IMG/VR virus record: IMGVR_UViG_3300013288_000004
Location: 127,360 to 191,359 of that record
DNA from: a virus
Taxonomy: Duplodnaviria; Heunggongvirae; Uroviricota; Caudoviricetes
Strand: one strand, 5' to 3'
Length of the DNA stretch: 64,000 nucleotides
Part shown: one piece after another, positions 55,995 to 64,000 of the stretch
Layout of the letters: each line of letters begins with the position of its first letter
How positions within the stretch are numbered: the first letter of the stretch is position 1
Made by a program: the position numbers and the translations under genes
Notes under the pieces: generated by a model
Database searches by the model: none
What the model was told of the DNA's origin: nothing
The model's input: the letters and a program-made list of their open reading frames with translations, nothing else

Positions 55995-56453
55995 TTAAAC
56001 AGTAGTCCTGACTATTTTTTCGAAAGAATATATCAATCTAAAATCGTGGGGAGCGGATTCCGCATATGACACATTAGATCTGTTGAATAATAACTTACAA
56101 TTAGTTATATAAGAAACTGCAACCGGTTCACCACTCGATAAATATGTAATAATAAAATTACATTGTTTCAATTTATCCAATAATTTTATAATTTTATTAG
56201 TAACTTCATCTTCCAATACAACAGTAAACAAATTGTTATTTTGTAGAAAACTTTCTTGAATAAATGCTTCGATAACCTGTGAAGCAAATATTTTCTTTTC
56301 ATCAGGTGAAAATGACTGACTATCCACATCTAATCTGAAATTATGTTTACATTTTGGGTGTATAAAACCACCAAAGATTCGTCTCTCTTCATTTTCTTTT
56401 TTAGATGATGTTTCGTACATTTCTTTTAATGTTGTATCGATTATGTGTGCCAT
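55995..56453 (-). CDS. hypothetical protein
   Basis: 152-aa ORF; first gene of the minus-strand cluster. Confidence 0.4.
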   Translation of the reverse strand: MAHIIDTTLKEMYETSSKKENEERRIFGGFIHPKCKHNFRLDVDSQSFSPDEKKIFASQVIEAFIQESFLQNNNLFTVVLEDEVTNKIIKLLDKLKQCNFIITYLSSGEPVAVSYITNCKLLFNRSNVSYAESAPHDFRLIYSFEKIVRTTV

Positions 56454-56538
56454 ATATTTTCCAAATTTACTTGTTATTTATGGTTGACAACCTCTGTGTT
56501 TTTTCTATAATTAGCAATCTATCATTGGATAAAAGTTA

Positions 56539-57045
56539 ATGAAAGCAAAAGATATGAAATTTAATGAACAGTGGAGCGTGGCGATTGATCTCGATGGAAC
56601 CTTGGCAGCGTTTCAAGAGAAGGTTGAAGAAATTAACAATTTAGAATTCCATAAAATTCCTAAAGGAAAAATGTGGCAATCCATATCACATTATGATAAG
56701 ACGGTGGAACCATTCTTCGAATCGTTAGAACTATTACCAGATGCGATGCAACTTTTTAATTTCGTGAAGAATAATTTTATTAATTATTATATCTTAACTG
56801 CCTGCGGTAACACTCCACGAAATGCTGCCGAACAGAAAAGAAATTGGTGTAAAAAACATTTTGGTAACATTGTCGTTAAAACTGTTCAAAGTAGTGAACA
56901 AAAAGCACAATACGCAACGCCAAATTCTATCTTAATTGATGATAGAAATCAGTCTATTGCGCCATGGGTTGCGGCTGGTGGTATCGGTGTGCTACACACC
57001 AGCGCTAGTGATAGTATTGCAAAAATAAAACAAATTATTGGTTAG
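56539..57045 (+). CDS. HAD-superfamily 5'(3')-deoxyribonucleotidase-like protein
   Basis: 168 aa; IDLDGTLA (motif I), ILTAC, ILIDDR (motif IV). Confidence 0.65.
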   Translation: MKAKDMKFNEQWSVAIDLDGTLAAFQEKVEEINNLEFHKIPKGKMWQSISHYDKTVEPFFESLELLPDAMQLFNFVKNNFINYYILTACGNTPRNAAEQKRNWCKKHFGNIVVKTVQSSEQKAQYATPNSILIDDRNQSIAPWVAAGGIGVLHTSASDSIAKIKQIIG

Positions 57046-57563
57046 GAAACTCGGATGAAACTTCCCGTAGCTACAGTTGGGTCCGTTGTTACGTTAGTAG
57101 ACTTTCTGACATCCACACCAAAAAGTCCACCCGTAAGACCAATACTAACCAATCCTCGTAAATGGATGAAAGTCTCTCCGGTGATATCTGACAATATTGT
57201 CGGCATCACCTCATTCATCACTCCAGTAACGCCGGTAGATGTTGTATAAACAGCAGCGAAAGTTGTAATGTTTAACGCTGAACTATTAAATATAAAACCA
57301 AAACCATCCGTATTACCATTTTCTAACAACAATAAACATTCCACCGTATAAACAGTGTTAGGATTCAATGTTACGGATAATACCTGTTGTGGATCATCGG
57401 TAAGGACTATCTCTGGCGACGTTAAATAATCTAGACCTGCACTTGTTATATAATTTTTTACATCGTCCACGGAACCAGCCACATTACTCCCACCTTTAAC
57501 CAATGGTAACTTTTCTGTACCATCCAATGTGCCTGACGCTGGCATTACACTTATTTTTGACAT
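57042..57563 (-). CDS. putative virion structural protein
   Basis: 173 aa; beta-rich T/S/G/V composition. Confidence 0.4.
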   Translation of the reverse strand: MSKISVMPASGTLDGTEKLPLVKGGSNVAGSVDDVKNYITSAGLDYLTSPEIVLTDDPQQVLSVTLNPNTVYTVECLLLLENGNTDGFGFIFNSSALNITTFAAVYTTSTGVTGVMNEVMPTILSDITGETFIHLRGLVSIGLTGGLFGVDVRKSTNVTTDPTVATGSFIRVS

Positions 57564-57590
57564 TTTATTTTCCTTTTTGTATATTTATGA

Positions 57591-59096
57591 TTATTCCATT
57601 TCTATCGGTGAACCATCTTCCATAAGCATCGATGACCCACTCTCCATTAGAATATGTATTATTGGTGACACAGAAGGCGTGACCGATGGAGTTACAGAGA
57701 TTGTTGGTGTCGCCGTTGGAGTCACCGTGACCGTTAAAGTAGGTGTTACGGATGGTGTTGGGGTAACATCGTCTTCCATGAGCATAGGTGAATCGTCTTC
57801 CATGAGCATAGGTGAATCGTCTTCCATGAGCATCATTGGAAGAGTATATGAAGATGATGGTGTAACTGTTGGTGTGACGGTGATCGATGGTGTAACTGTT
57901 GGTGTGACGGTGATCGATGGTGTAACCGATATAGTAGGTGTTGGTGTAACAGGTACAGTATTAACTGTTATATTTAATACTTCACCAATGTTCATGTGAA
58001 TATTATATGGTTTAGGAATAGTACATTCTTCAAACCCATCAAACCCAGCGCCGAATCTATACCCGTATAGACGTATTTCACCATTTCCGGATACTGGAGT
58101 AGATATACTCTCAGCGAATGTTAATGTTGTAGCATCTGTTTCTGCATTATAAGAATGATTACTTATCTTATATTCGGTAACTTCTGTTGTATCAGGATTA
58201 TAATACCACACTCGTCTTGGAGCTATTAATCCTGTACGCAACTGTACTGACCCGTGCACAGTTTCTGTAACATGATTGAATATATTATTATTTCGTATAG
58301 TTACAATTGTATCAGTACCATTATATGAAACAGTTTTTACCTGATAAACGCCATTATTTTTGTTTGGACTCTTAACTTCGATATAACCGGAGACTATAGT
58401 AGTATCAACAGTTTCACTTACAATGATCTCTGTTCTATTTGTTGCTGGAATGTACCGTACCAGTGTTACAGCATATACACCGTTGTTATAACGGCTTCCA
58501 GACACCCTAAAATCCATCTTGCTTTGTATCTCGGATACTTTATTTCCGGAAACAAAAAAACTATTAGAAGTATTGGCAACAATGTCGAAAGTAAAGAATG
58601 GTACTACTAGAAATAATTTATGTGTATTAAATGTGGATTCGTGATTTCCCTTTAATACTATAGTATCGCTTGTCGGTATGTTGTGAATTTGAATTCGTTG
58701 GTCATACGTAAAATCACCTGATGTATATTCACCGGCCAATTCCACCGTATCAGCATCTTCATCTATGGAAACTATGGGAGCAGTGACCAATAAGTCAGAG
58801 TTATCAAATATTAATCCATATCCACCAATACATTCAAATAGATCACAACATTCAACAGCATCAAACCCACATTCTTCGTCCCATATAAGACCAAAACCTA
58901 CTGGACCACAAAGGGCTAGATTCTTTTTTATTATATCTATATCATAATTTTCAGATATTCCGACAGAAATATATTCATTTATTCTATATTTTTCTATCAC
59001 TTCCAAAAGCTTAGTATGATACGGTTTTACTTCCAAAAAGTATCGTATCAAAGCATCTATAGGTCTTGATATGCCGGGTCTTAATTCACAAGTCAT
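57591..59096 (-). CDS. putative virion structural protein with C-terminal tandem repeats
   Basis: 501 aa; C-terminal (TVTPx) and (MLMEDDSP)x3 repeats encoded by 24-nt and 30-nt tandem DNA repeats. Confidence 0.5.
   Translation of the reverse strand: MTCELRPGISRPIDALIRYFLEVKPYHTKLLEVIEKYRINEYISVGISENYDIDIIKKNLALCGPVGFGLIWDEECGFDAVECCDLFECIGGYGLIFDNSDLLVTAPIVSIDEDADTVELAGEYTSGDFTYDQRIQIHNIPTSDTIVLKGNHESTFNTHKLFLVVPFFTFDIVANTSNSFFVSGNKVSEIQSKMDFRVSGSRYNNGVYAVTLVRYIPATNRTEIIVSETVDTTIVSGYIEVKSPNKNNGVYQVKTVSYNGTDTIVTIRNNNIFNHVTETVHGSVQLRTGLIAPRRVWYYNPDTTEVTEYKISNHSYNAETDATTLTFAESISTPVSGNGEIRLYGYRFGAGFDGFEECTIPKPYNIHMNIGEVLNITVNTVPVTPTPTISVTPSITVTPTVTPSITVTPTVTPSSSYTLPMMLMEDDSPMLMEDDSPMLMEDDVTPTPSVTPTLTVTVTPTATPTISVTPSVTPSVSPIIHILMESGSSMLMEDGSPIEME
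57769..57833 (-). repeat. 24-nt tandem repeat (coding, MLMEDDSP units)
   Basis: Direct inspection. Confidence 0.8.
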
Positions 59097-59147
59097 TCCG
59101 AATCCAAATTCATAGCTTTATTTATGCTATGCGGACAGGTTGTTTAA

Positions 59148-59429
59148 TTAATCCAGATGTTCTGTTTTTTGGTTTATTTGAGCTTTTATCATATCAGTTA
59201 ACTTCGATGATAAAATTTCTAATGATTGTCGTGTTGCTATCGCTATGGCGCGTAATTCACCATCATGAATCTTTTCAATCGGATAATTCAAAATAAAATT
59301 TAATACTTTTCTATCAAAAGTATCAAATTCACCATCATTAAATATAGCACATATATCTAAATCATTCATATCTTTCATATTCTGCTTTTGTGAATTTAGC
59401 AGTATATTGTTCTTCTTTGTTTTTGTCAA
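59148..59429 (-). CDS. hypothetical protein
   Basis: 93-aa ORF; overlaps next ORF by 68 nt in another frame. Confidence 0.3.
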   Translation of the reverse strand: MTKTKKNNILLNSQKQNMKDMNDLDICAIFNDGEFDTFDRKVLNFILNYPIEKIHDGELRAIAIATRQSLEILSSKLTDMIKAQINQKTEHLD

Positions 59430-59595
59430 CTTCCATTACTACTTTTACTTTTTCTAGAAAATCTGAGCAATATGATTGTCTTGGATTTATTTTTTCGGCG
59501 CGTGACAGGACTGCTGTGTCAGTCAAAAACTTTATATAATCATTTACTGATTTTTCATCAATAATTCTTGATTTGGACATATTTACTAATCTCAA
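59362..59595 (-). CDS. hypothetical protein
   Basis: 77-aa ORF. Confidence 0.3.
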   Translation of the reverse strand: MRLVNMSKSRIIDEKSVNDYIKFLTDTAVLSRAEKINPRQSYCSDFLEKVKVVMEVDKNKEEQYTAKFTKAEYERYE

Positions 59596-59601
59596 TTCTG
59601 T

Positions 59602-60609
59602 TTAACTATTTAGTGTTTTTCTAACCGAAATCTGAAAATTTACATTTGATCCAGAGTAGATAGAATCGGTTATCAACTTAACCGTATATGGTCTACCATT
59701 TTTCTTTACGCTTTCTGTAATATCCTTAACATCATCATCATATTGTGGGATTGCAACTGACCAGTTATGCTTTAGTGCGAATTCTAATAATTTATCGGAT
59801 GATCCTTTTTTATCCGGTACAATGATCTTTTGTTTCTTACATTTAACCAATAAATCTTCTTGTTCCGGTGTTAGATAGTTTTCCATGACAGCAACACCAT
59901 TTATATGATAGGCATCAAAGAAACCTTCTGTAATGAATACTCTGTCGCAAGAATTATCATATAACCTATCTAAAAAATACATAGCTCCCAATTTAGGTTT
60001 ATCCACCGTAACATATCTTTTATGAGTTTCTATTAGCGCTCGTGCCTGATAGTAAATCATTTTTGAGTTCTTAAACACGGGGATTATTATTCTATTCTTT
60101 AAATATAATGCTTTGGCATTTTCATCTGGTGATGCTGATGATTTTCCAGAAGAAAGATAAAAAGGGTATTTTTCGTAGTCTATACACTTTTCATTCTTTA
60201 AAAAATTTATTGCCATTTTATAGAATGGATGTGTCGTAGCATTTTTAAGCTGTATGAAATAATCCGGTATGTCAATATATGAAAATTTAGGTTTTTCTTT
60301 CGGTATATTGGCTATCTTATCAGTAGACAATAGACGAAGATATAGAATTTTGTTTAAAGGGATTCCAAACGCTTCTAGGATGGTTTTAACATCAGAACCC
60401 ATGGTGTAGGGCGGCTCTAGTTTGCCTTTTATACCACAGTTAAAACAATGATATGACACTGTATCACCGTCTAACATCCACCCTCCACGCGGACCTTTCT
60501 TTCTGCTACCATCACCACAGACTTCACAATACACTTTCTGCCAACCGTTTCCGGTTGGATTTTTTATGTTAATGTAGTCTCGTACAATATCTTCTAATGA
60601 TTCATTCAT
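59602..60609 (-). CDS. DNA primase (T4 gp61-like; zinc-binding + TOPRIM)
   Basis: 335 aa; CEVCG...CFNCG zinc ribbon; TOPRIM VFITEGFFDA and IIVPDKKGSSDK. Confidence 0.75.
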   Translation of the reverse strand: MNESLEDIVRDYINIKNPTGNGWQKVYCEVCGDGSRKKGPRGGWMLDGDTVSYHCFNCGIKGKLEPPYTMGSDVKTILEAFGIPLNKILYLRLLSTDKIANIPKEKPKFSYIDIPDYFIQLKNATTHPFYKMAINFLKNEKCIDYEKYPFYLSSGKSSASPDENAKALYLKNRIIIPVFKNSKMIYYQARALIETHKRYVTVDKPKLGAMYFLDRLYDNSCDRVFITEGFFDAYHINGVAVMENYLTPEQEDLLVKCKKQKIIVPDKKGSSDKLLEFALKHNWSVAIPQYDDDVKDITESVKKNGRPYTVKLITDSIYSGSNVNFQISVRKTLNS

Positions 60610-60641
60610 CTTGACATTCTATATCAAGATGAATATGTGCG

Positions 60642-61337
60642 TCAATTTTTCTTTTTTGTTGGTGGTTTTTTAACTACTGGTTTTTTCTTGGGAATTAATG
60701 GAACTACTTCAGGTTCATCTTCTTCCTCATCATCTAATTTTGCTATCGGTTGATTGTTCTTTTGTAAACGGTCTAAGACTTCATCACTATCCAACCATAT
60801 GTCTTTACCTTCTAACATATCCTTTATCTCTACATCAGTTAAGAACCCACCATATATTTCATAAGTCAACTTTTTAAACCAGTCTGTAGCATGCTTAACT
60901 CTAGATATTATTTCATTCCCCTTCCCAAATACACCTTCAGAATAATTATGAATCATAAAACTACAGTGCTTATTGACAATGTATTCATGCCCGGATAAAA
61001 ATATTAATGTTGCTGCCGAACAAACTTGACCATCCATACATGTTACAACTGTGGCCCTAGATGTTCTTATGGCGTTTATGATTTGTATGGCCACATACAA
61101 ATCACCACCCGGACAATTTAAATATATTAATATTCTATCATGCTCTTCAGCAGTTTTTAATATATTAATAAGATCTTGAAATGGTTTATAATCTTCGATT
61201 TGATCACTAATATAAAAGTGATAAATGTTTACTGGAATAGTTTGTTTGTAACATTTTATTGAACTGTTGTCTTGCGGTTGAAACATAATTAACTCGTTAG
61301 ATATCTGCTGTTCTTCGTTTCCATAACGTTTACTCAT
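60642..61337 (-). CDS. ClpP-like serine protease (S14 family), probable prohead protease
   Basis: 231 aa; NCPGGDLYVAIQI, GQVCSAATLI (Ser), MIHNYS (His); acidic/basic C-terminal tail. Confidence 0.7.
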   Translation of the reverse strand: MSKRYGNEEQQISNELIMFQPQDNSSIKCYKQTIPVNIYHFYISDQIEDYKPFQDLINILKTAEEHDRILIYLNCPGGDLYVAIQIINAIRTSRATVVTCMDGQVCSAATLIFLSGHEYIVNKHCSFMIHNYSEGVFGKGNEIISRVKHATDWFKKLTYEIYGGFLTDVEIKDMLEGKDIWLDSDEVLDRLQKNNQPIAKLDDEEEDEPEVVPLIPKKKPVVKKPPTKKKN

Positions 61338-61418
61338 GTAGTTTTTAATTCCATATTAGCAAACGTATTTATCTTAGTGTTTTTATTTGTAAACCTAAAA
61401 ACCGGTGGGCATAAACAA

Positions 61419-61446
61419 AAACACCAGCGAAAGCTGGTGTTTTGTA
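61419..61446. terminator. rho-independent terminator hairpin
   Basis: AACACCAGC-GAAA-GCTGGTGTTTTG. Confidence 0.55.
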
Positions 61447-61647
61447 ATCTTATTTGGTAACAAGGTAGATTAGACCCCGTGATAGTTCATGCCGCTTGCG
61501 CGTACTCGACATCAAAAAATTCATCGTTAGATGCATTTATAGTTTCATGCTGATTAGGTCAGTCATCTATCCGGTTGCCACATACACACTCCACTATGAG
61601 TCGAAGCCAATTATACCCCCGTCAAAAGATTACAGACCATAATCTTT

Positions 61648-61720
61648 TGGTGGAGGTAAGCGGAGTCGAACCGCTGTGTTCATAACTTTGTTGTAATGGG
61701 ATTACAACCATTTATTCTTC
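61648..61720 (-). tRNA. tRNA-like 3' portion (T-arm AGCGG-TTCGACT-CCGCT, acceptor strand TACCTCC, encoded ACCA); 5' half not identifiable
   Basis: Direct inspection; adjacent 7-bp hairpin TTGTAAT-CCC-ATTACAA. Confidence 0.3.
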
Positions 61721-61793
61721 TTTCGAAGAATTTTTAAAAATACCTTTCATAATTCTACCAATCAAATAACCTTCCGCTATATATTTATCTAAA

Positions 61794-62012
61794 TCAGTTT
61801 TTCACCCTAAAGTCTTTATAGTCATAATCATTAATCATGCAACAAATATATCTCCAATCATATTCCATATCTTTGATATTTTTGAAATGCCAAGCAGCTA
61901 TTGGTTGTTTATCATCACCATAAAAAATAATACAATTCTCTTTCTTAACAATGCGAGATATAATCCTAAGATTTAATATATTATTATCATTATTTTTTGA
62001 AATTATGAACAT
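61794..62012 (-). CDS. hypothetical protein
   Basis: 72-aa ORF. Confidence 0.35.
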   Translation of the reverse strand: MFIISKNNDNNILNLRIISRIVKKENCIIFYGDDKQPIAAWHFKNIKDMEYDWRYICCMINDYDYKDFRVKN

Positions 62013-62272
62013 GATTCTACCTTTTGTGTAATTGTCGCATATCTCTCTTGATACAATTTTATGTCTCTTACGATTTTAGTATAATCTATTAACATTGATG
62101 ATTCGTCTGGATAGTTCCAGTACAATGATGGAACATCACTCCCAGTGTAATGACTTTTTCTACCTATAATACTATAGAAGAATGCTATCCTATTACGTGA
62201 AGTACAGAAAAAACGCTCAATATTGTTAATGTTAATAGCCCCATTACCCGGTTGATTTGAAATTATAAACAT
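62003..62272 (-). CDS. hypothetical protein
   Basis: 89-aa ORF; shares MFIISxxxxN N-terminus with the previous ORF (small paralogs). Confidence 0.35.
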   Translation of the reverse strand: MFIISNQPGNGAININNIERFFCTSRNRIAFFYSIIGRKSHYTGSDVPSLYWNYPDESSMLIDYTKIVRDIKLYQERYATITQKVESCS

Positions 62273-62273
62273 A

Positions 62274-62507
62274 TTAATACGCCTGATTGTTATAAATCAA
62301 CTTATGACGTATTTGTTCATATTCTTCATCGCGAGCTTCTACTGAATCATATGTTATGTTATATGTCCACCCATTTATAAAACCAAATGAATTTTCATAA
62401 TATTTTATATCACTGTGGTTATCTTCATTTACTACCGTACCCTTTCTAATCTCGACTAGACCGTCTAGATTCATTGCGCCATTATTATCTTTTCTAAAAT
62501 ATAACAT
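62274..62507 (-). CDS. hypothetical protein
   Basis: 77-aa ORF. Confidence 0.35.
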   Translation of the reverse strand: MLYFRKDNNGAMNLDGLVEIRKGTVVNEDNHSDIKYYENSFGFINGWTYNITYDSVEARDEEYEQIRHKLIYNNQAY

Positions 62508-62521
62508 ATTTTATCTCCTGA

Positions 62522-63013
62522 TTATCGTATATGTTCCATTGGTTCATCTTTGGGATGAGTTCTCCAATCTGGCCATTTCCTTTTTTGATTCTCTAATTGT
62601 TTAGTGACATAAGTCATCAAGATTGAATCAATATCATGCCCAGCACGTCTAGCACCATCAAAAGCCAATTGAATTACATCAACCCATTCCACCAGATCAC
62701 TTGGATCTTTTCTTATTTCTTCTAACTCTTTCTCAATATGTTTGATGACCCCTTCAGTCCTTTCACCGGGGCCAAAGGTATTATCAGACCATTCTGCTTG
62801 TTGTGTCAATATCTGCCTAAAAGCTAAACAAGTATCCGATAAATTATCATCAACATGTATTAAAAATGGTGCAGAATATAGGTGCATTATAGTATTTACA
62901 AAGTCACTATGATTTCCATCTATAGATCTGAGGTCATGTATATATTTGGAAGAATTTATTAAATTCTGTTTATCTTCTTTTGTCTTTACTATAAATTTTA
63001 TAGTACTCATCAC
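62522..63013 (-). CDS. DUF550-like / MazG-related nucleotide pyrophosphohydrolase-like phage protein
   Basis: 163 aa; ...FGPGERTEGVIKHIEKELEEI...DLVEWVDVIQLAFDGARRAGHD pattern. Confidence 0.45.
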   Translation of the reverse strand: MMSTIKFIVKTKEDKQNLINSSKYIHDLRSIDGNHSDFVNTIMHLYSAPFLIHVDDNLSDTCLAFRQILTQQAEWSDNTFGPGERTEGVIKHIEKELEEIRKDPSDLVEWVDVIQLAFDGARRAGHDIDSILMTYVTKQLENQKRKWPDWRTHPKDEPMEHIR

Positions 63014-63024
63014 ATTACTCCAGA

Positions 63025-63432
63025 TTATACTTCATATAACTTTCTGAATTTTTCGTCAGAAATTGCATAACCATCTGTCAATTCTTTGTCATTGAAGACT
63101 ACCCAATCACCAGCCTTATAATGTGTCGTACCTTCTTTAGTGGATATCGCCCCATCCGCTTCACATTGATATGCGTAAACCCCAACAGTCTTTTCATAAA
63201 GAACATCTGAAATTGGTGTATAAGTGTTAAGGAATGATTTTTCATCAATTGTATACACTTCTCCAGTGTGGGTTCTTACCAACCAGTCATACGGTTTACA
63301 TTGTTGAGTATCCCCCCATTTATCATATTTAAATAAATGTGTTGTTCCCGCAGGCACAGAAAATGCCAACTGAATTGCTGTAACTGGTGGAGTTTTCTTC
63401 CTGTTGTAATAAACTGGTAATTTAGTATTCAT
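63025..63432 (-). CDS. hypothetical protein
   Basis: 135-aa ORF. Confidence 0.45.
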   Translation of the reverse strand: MNTKLPVYYNRKKTPPVTAIQLAFSVPAGTTHLFKYDKWGDTQQCKPYDWLVRTHTGEVYTIDEKSFLNTYTPISDVLYEKTVGVYAYQCEADGAISTKEGTTHYKAGDWVVFNDKELTDGYAISDEKFRKLYEV

Positions 63433-63439
63433 ATTTTCC

Positions 63440-63718
63440 TCAAAAGAAGTCTGGCTTTGCCACTGATCTTGTAAGCGCCATCAAACCAGTTTGCATATCC
63501 GTCGCACCAATTGACACCCATCGCTGATCAAGATCATTAGTGTTACGCAGCTTGTCCACCAATTCTCCGAGAGCAACTCCCATTGTTTTAATTTCATTCA
63601 TCAAGTCGATCTCTTCTTGGGATAACTCACGATATCCTTTAATTTTTCTATGTTGATTTTCCATATTATTTTCCTTATTTGTAAGTTTAATCATATATTC
63701 CATCTTCTGGTACAACAT
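63440..63718 (-). CDS. hypothetical protein
   Basis: 92-aa ORF. Confidence 0.4.
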   Translation of the reverse strand: MLYQKMEYMIKLTNKENNMENQHRKIKGYRELSQEEIDLMNEIKTMGVALGELVDKLRNTNDLDQRWVSIGATDMQTGLMALTRSVAKPDFF

Positions 63719-63968
63719 CCCACCATGCTTTTAAAATTGTATCACCCCATCTTTCTAAATGTTCACCAACCCAATTGTCATTTTCGATAATAATTTTCCA
63801 ATTATTAATTTGATTATGAGTTCGTTTATCATTATTTTCATAATCTTCAACTGTACCATCTATAACATTTAACCAATTCAATTTAAATGTTTTTACTTTG
63901 CTAATACTATCTAATAATGATATAGCATCTGGACTTTGCCATCCGTAAAATATAATTTTATGTTTCAA
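63687..63968 (-). CDS. hypothetical protein
   Basis: 93-aa ORF. Confidence 0.4.
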   Translation of the reverse strand: MKHKIIFYGWQSPDAISLLDSISKVKTFKLNWLNVIDGTVEDYENNDKRTHNQINNWKIIIENDNWVGEHLERWGDTILKAWWDVVPEDGIYD

Positions 63969-64000
63969 TTGATGTTTAACAAACCATAATAGACGAGTTA

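Noticed and set aside
1-64000. Eukaryotic giant virus (Mimiviridae-like) origin. Suggested by AT-richness, IS607 TnpA/TnpB, HNH endonucleases, inteins, sugar-aminotransferase, collagen-like T/P repeats, many tRNAs and the AAAATTG-like motif
   Set aside because: tRNA genes encode their 3' CCA, proteins carry bacterial lipoboxes, Sec signals and a prepilin leader, intrinsic rho-independent terminators are present, and hallmark phage genes occur (Lar, DUF551, gp61-like primase, ClpP-like prohead protease, NrdC). A bacteriophage is far more consistent.

Overview
The window reads as about 64 kb of a large, strongly AT-rich double-stranded DNA bacteriophage genome, with most genes small, tightly packed and on the minus strand. 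The bacterial-phage assignment rests on tRNA genes that encode their 3' CCA, lipobox and Sec signal peptides, a prepilin N-terminus, rho-independent hairpin terminators and a phage gene repertoire. A TATAAATA motif ahead of the tail-fibre gene (and similar motifs elsewhere) hints at a T4-like late programme, but I cannot confirm that from sequence alone.

Genes I can name with reasonable support:
- Restriction alleviation and nucleotide metabolism: a Lar-family zinc-ribbon protein, a MazG-like pyrophosphohydrolase, a DUF550-like pyrophosphohydrolase, an NrdH/NrdC-like glutaredoxin, a HAD-type 5'(3')-deoxyribonucleotidase and a weak DenV-like pyrimidine dimer glycosylase.
- Replication and morphogenesis: a T4 gp61-like primase and a ClpP-like protease.
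- Envelope and membrane proteins: an SPFH lipoprotein with a small membrane partner, two tandem lipoproteins, a secreted Tyr/Arg-rich low-complexity protein and two DUF551 proteins.
- Enzymes and ATPases: two ATP-grasp enzymes, and a MoxR/CobS-like AAA+ ATPase carrying an HNH intein that sits opposite a VWA/HExxH partner.

Mobile and selfish elements: one complete IS607-family TnpA-TnpB element, one solo TnpB preceded by a TnpA helix-turn-helix remnant, and at least four HNH-type homing endonuclease genes lying inside the tRNA arrays.

RNA genes: Asp, Lys, Gly, Phe, Gln, Arg, Ser and Cys fold reasonably. A putative tRNA-His carries a roughly 51-nt insert at the canonical anticodon-loop position. 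Several further units have a T-arm, acceptor 3' strand and CCA but no findable 5' half; I call these tRNA-like or pseudo. The units in the third array share a conserved upstream motif (a TAAATAGAAT-like element, then YAGTCGA, then an ATTATCTT-like element).

The most striking anomalies:
- A roughly 3.6-kb GC-rich island (about 8690-12295) holds the C-terminal 85 % of a tail-fibre gene plus four downstream genes. This looks like a recently acquired receptor-binding cassette, or possibly an assembly chimera.
- A roughly 8-kb glycan or modification cluster (48.3-56.5 kb) contains a macro-domain protein, a SAM methyltransferase, an ATP-grasp/HAD fusion, a DegT-family sugar aminotransferase, a polysaccharide pyruvyl transferase and glycosyltransferase-like proteins.
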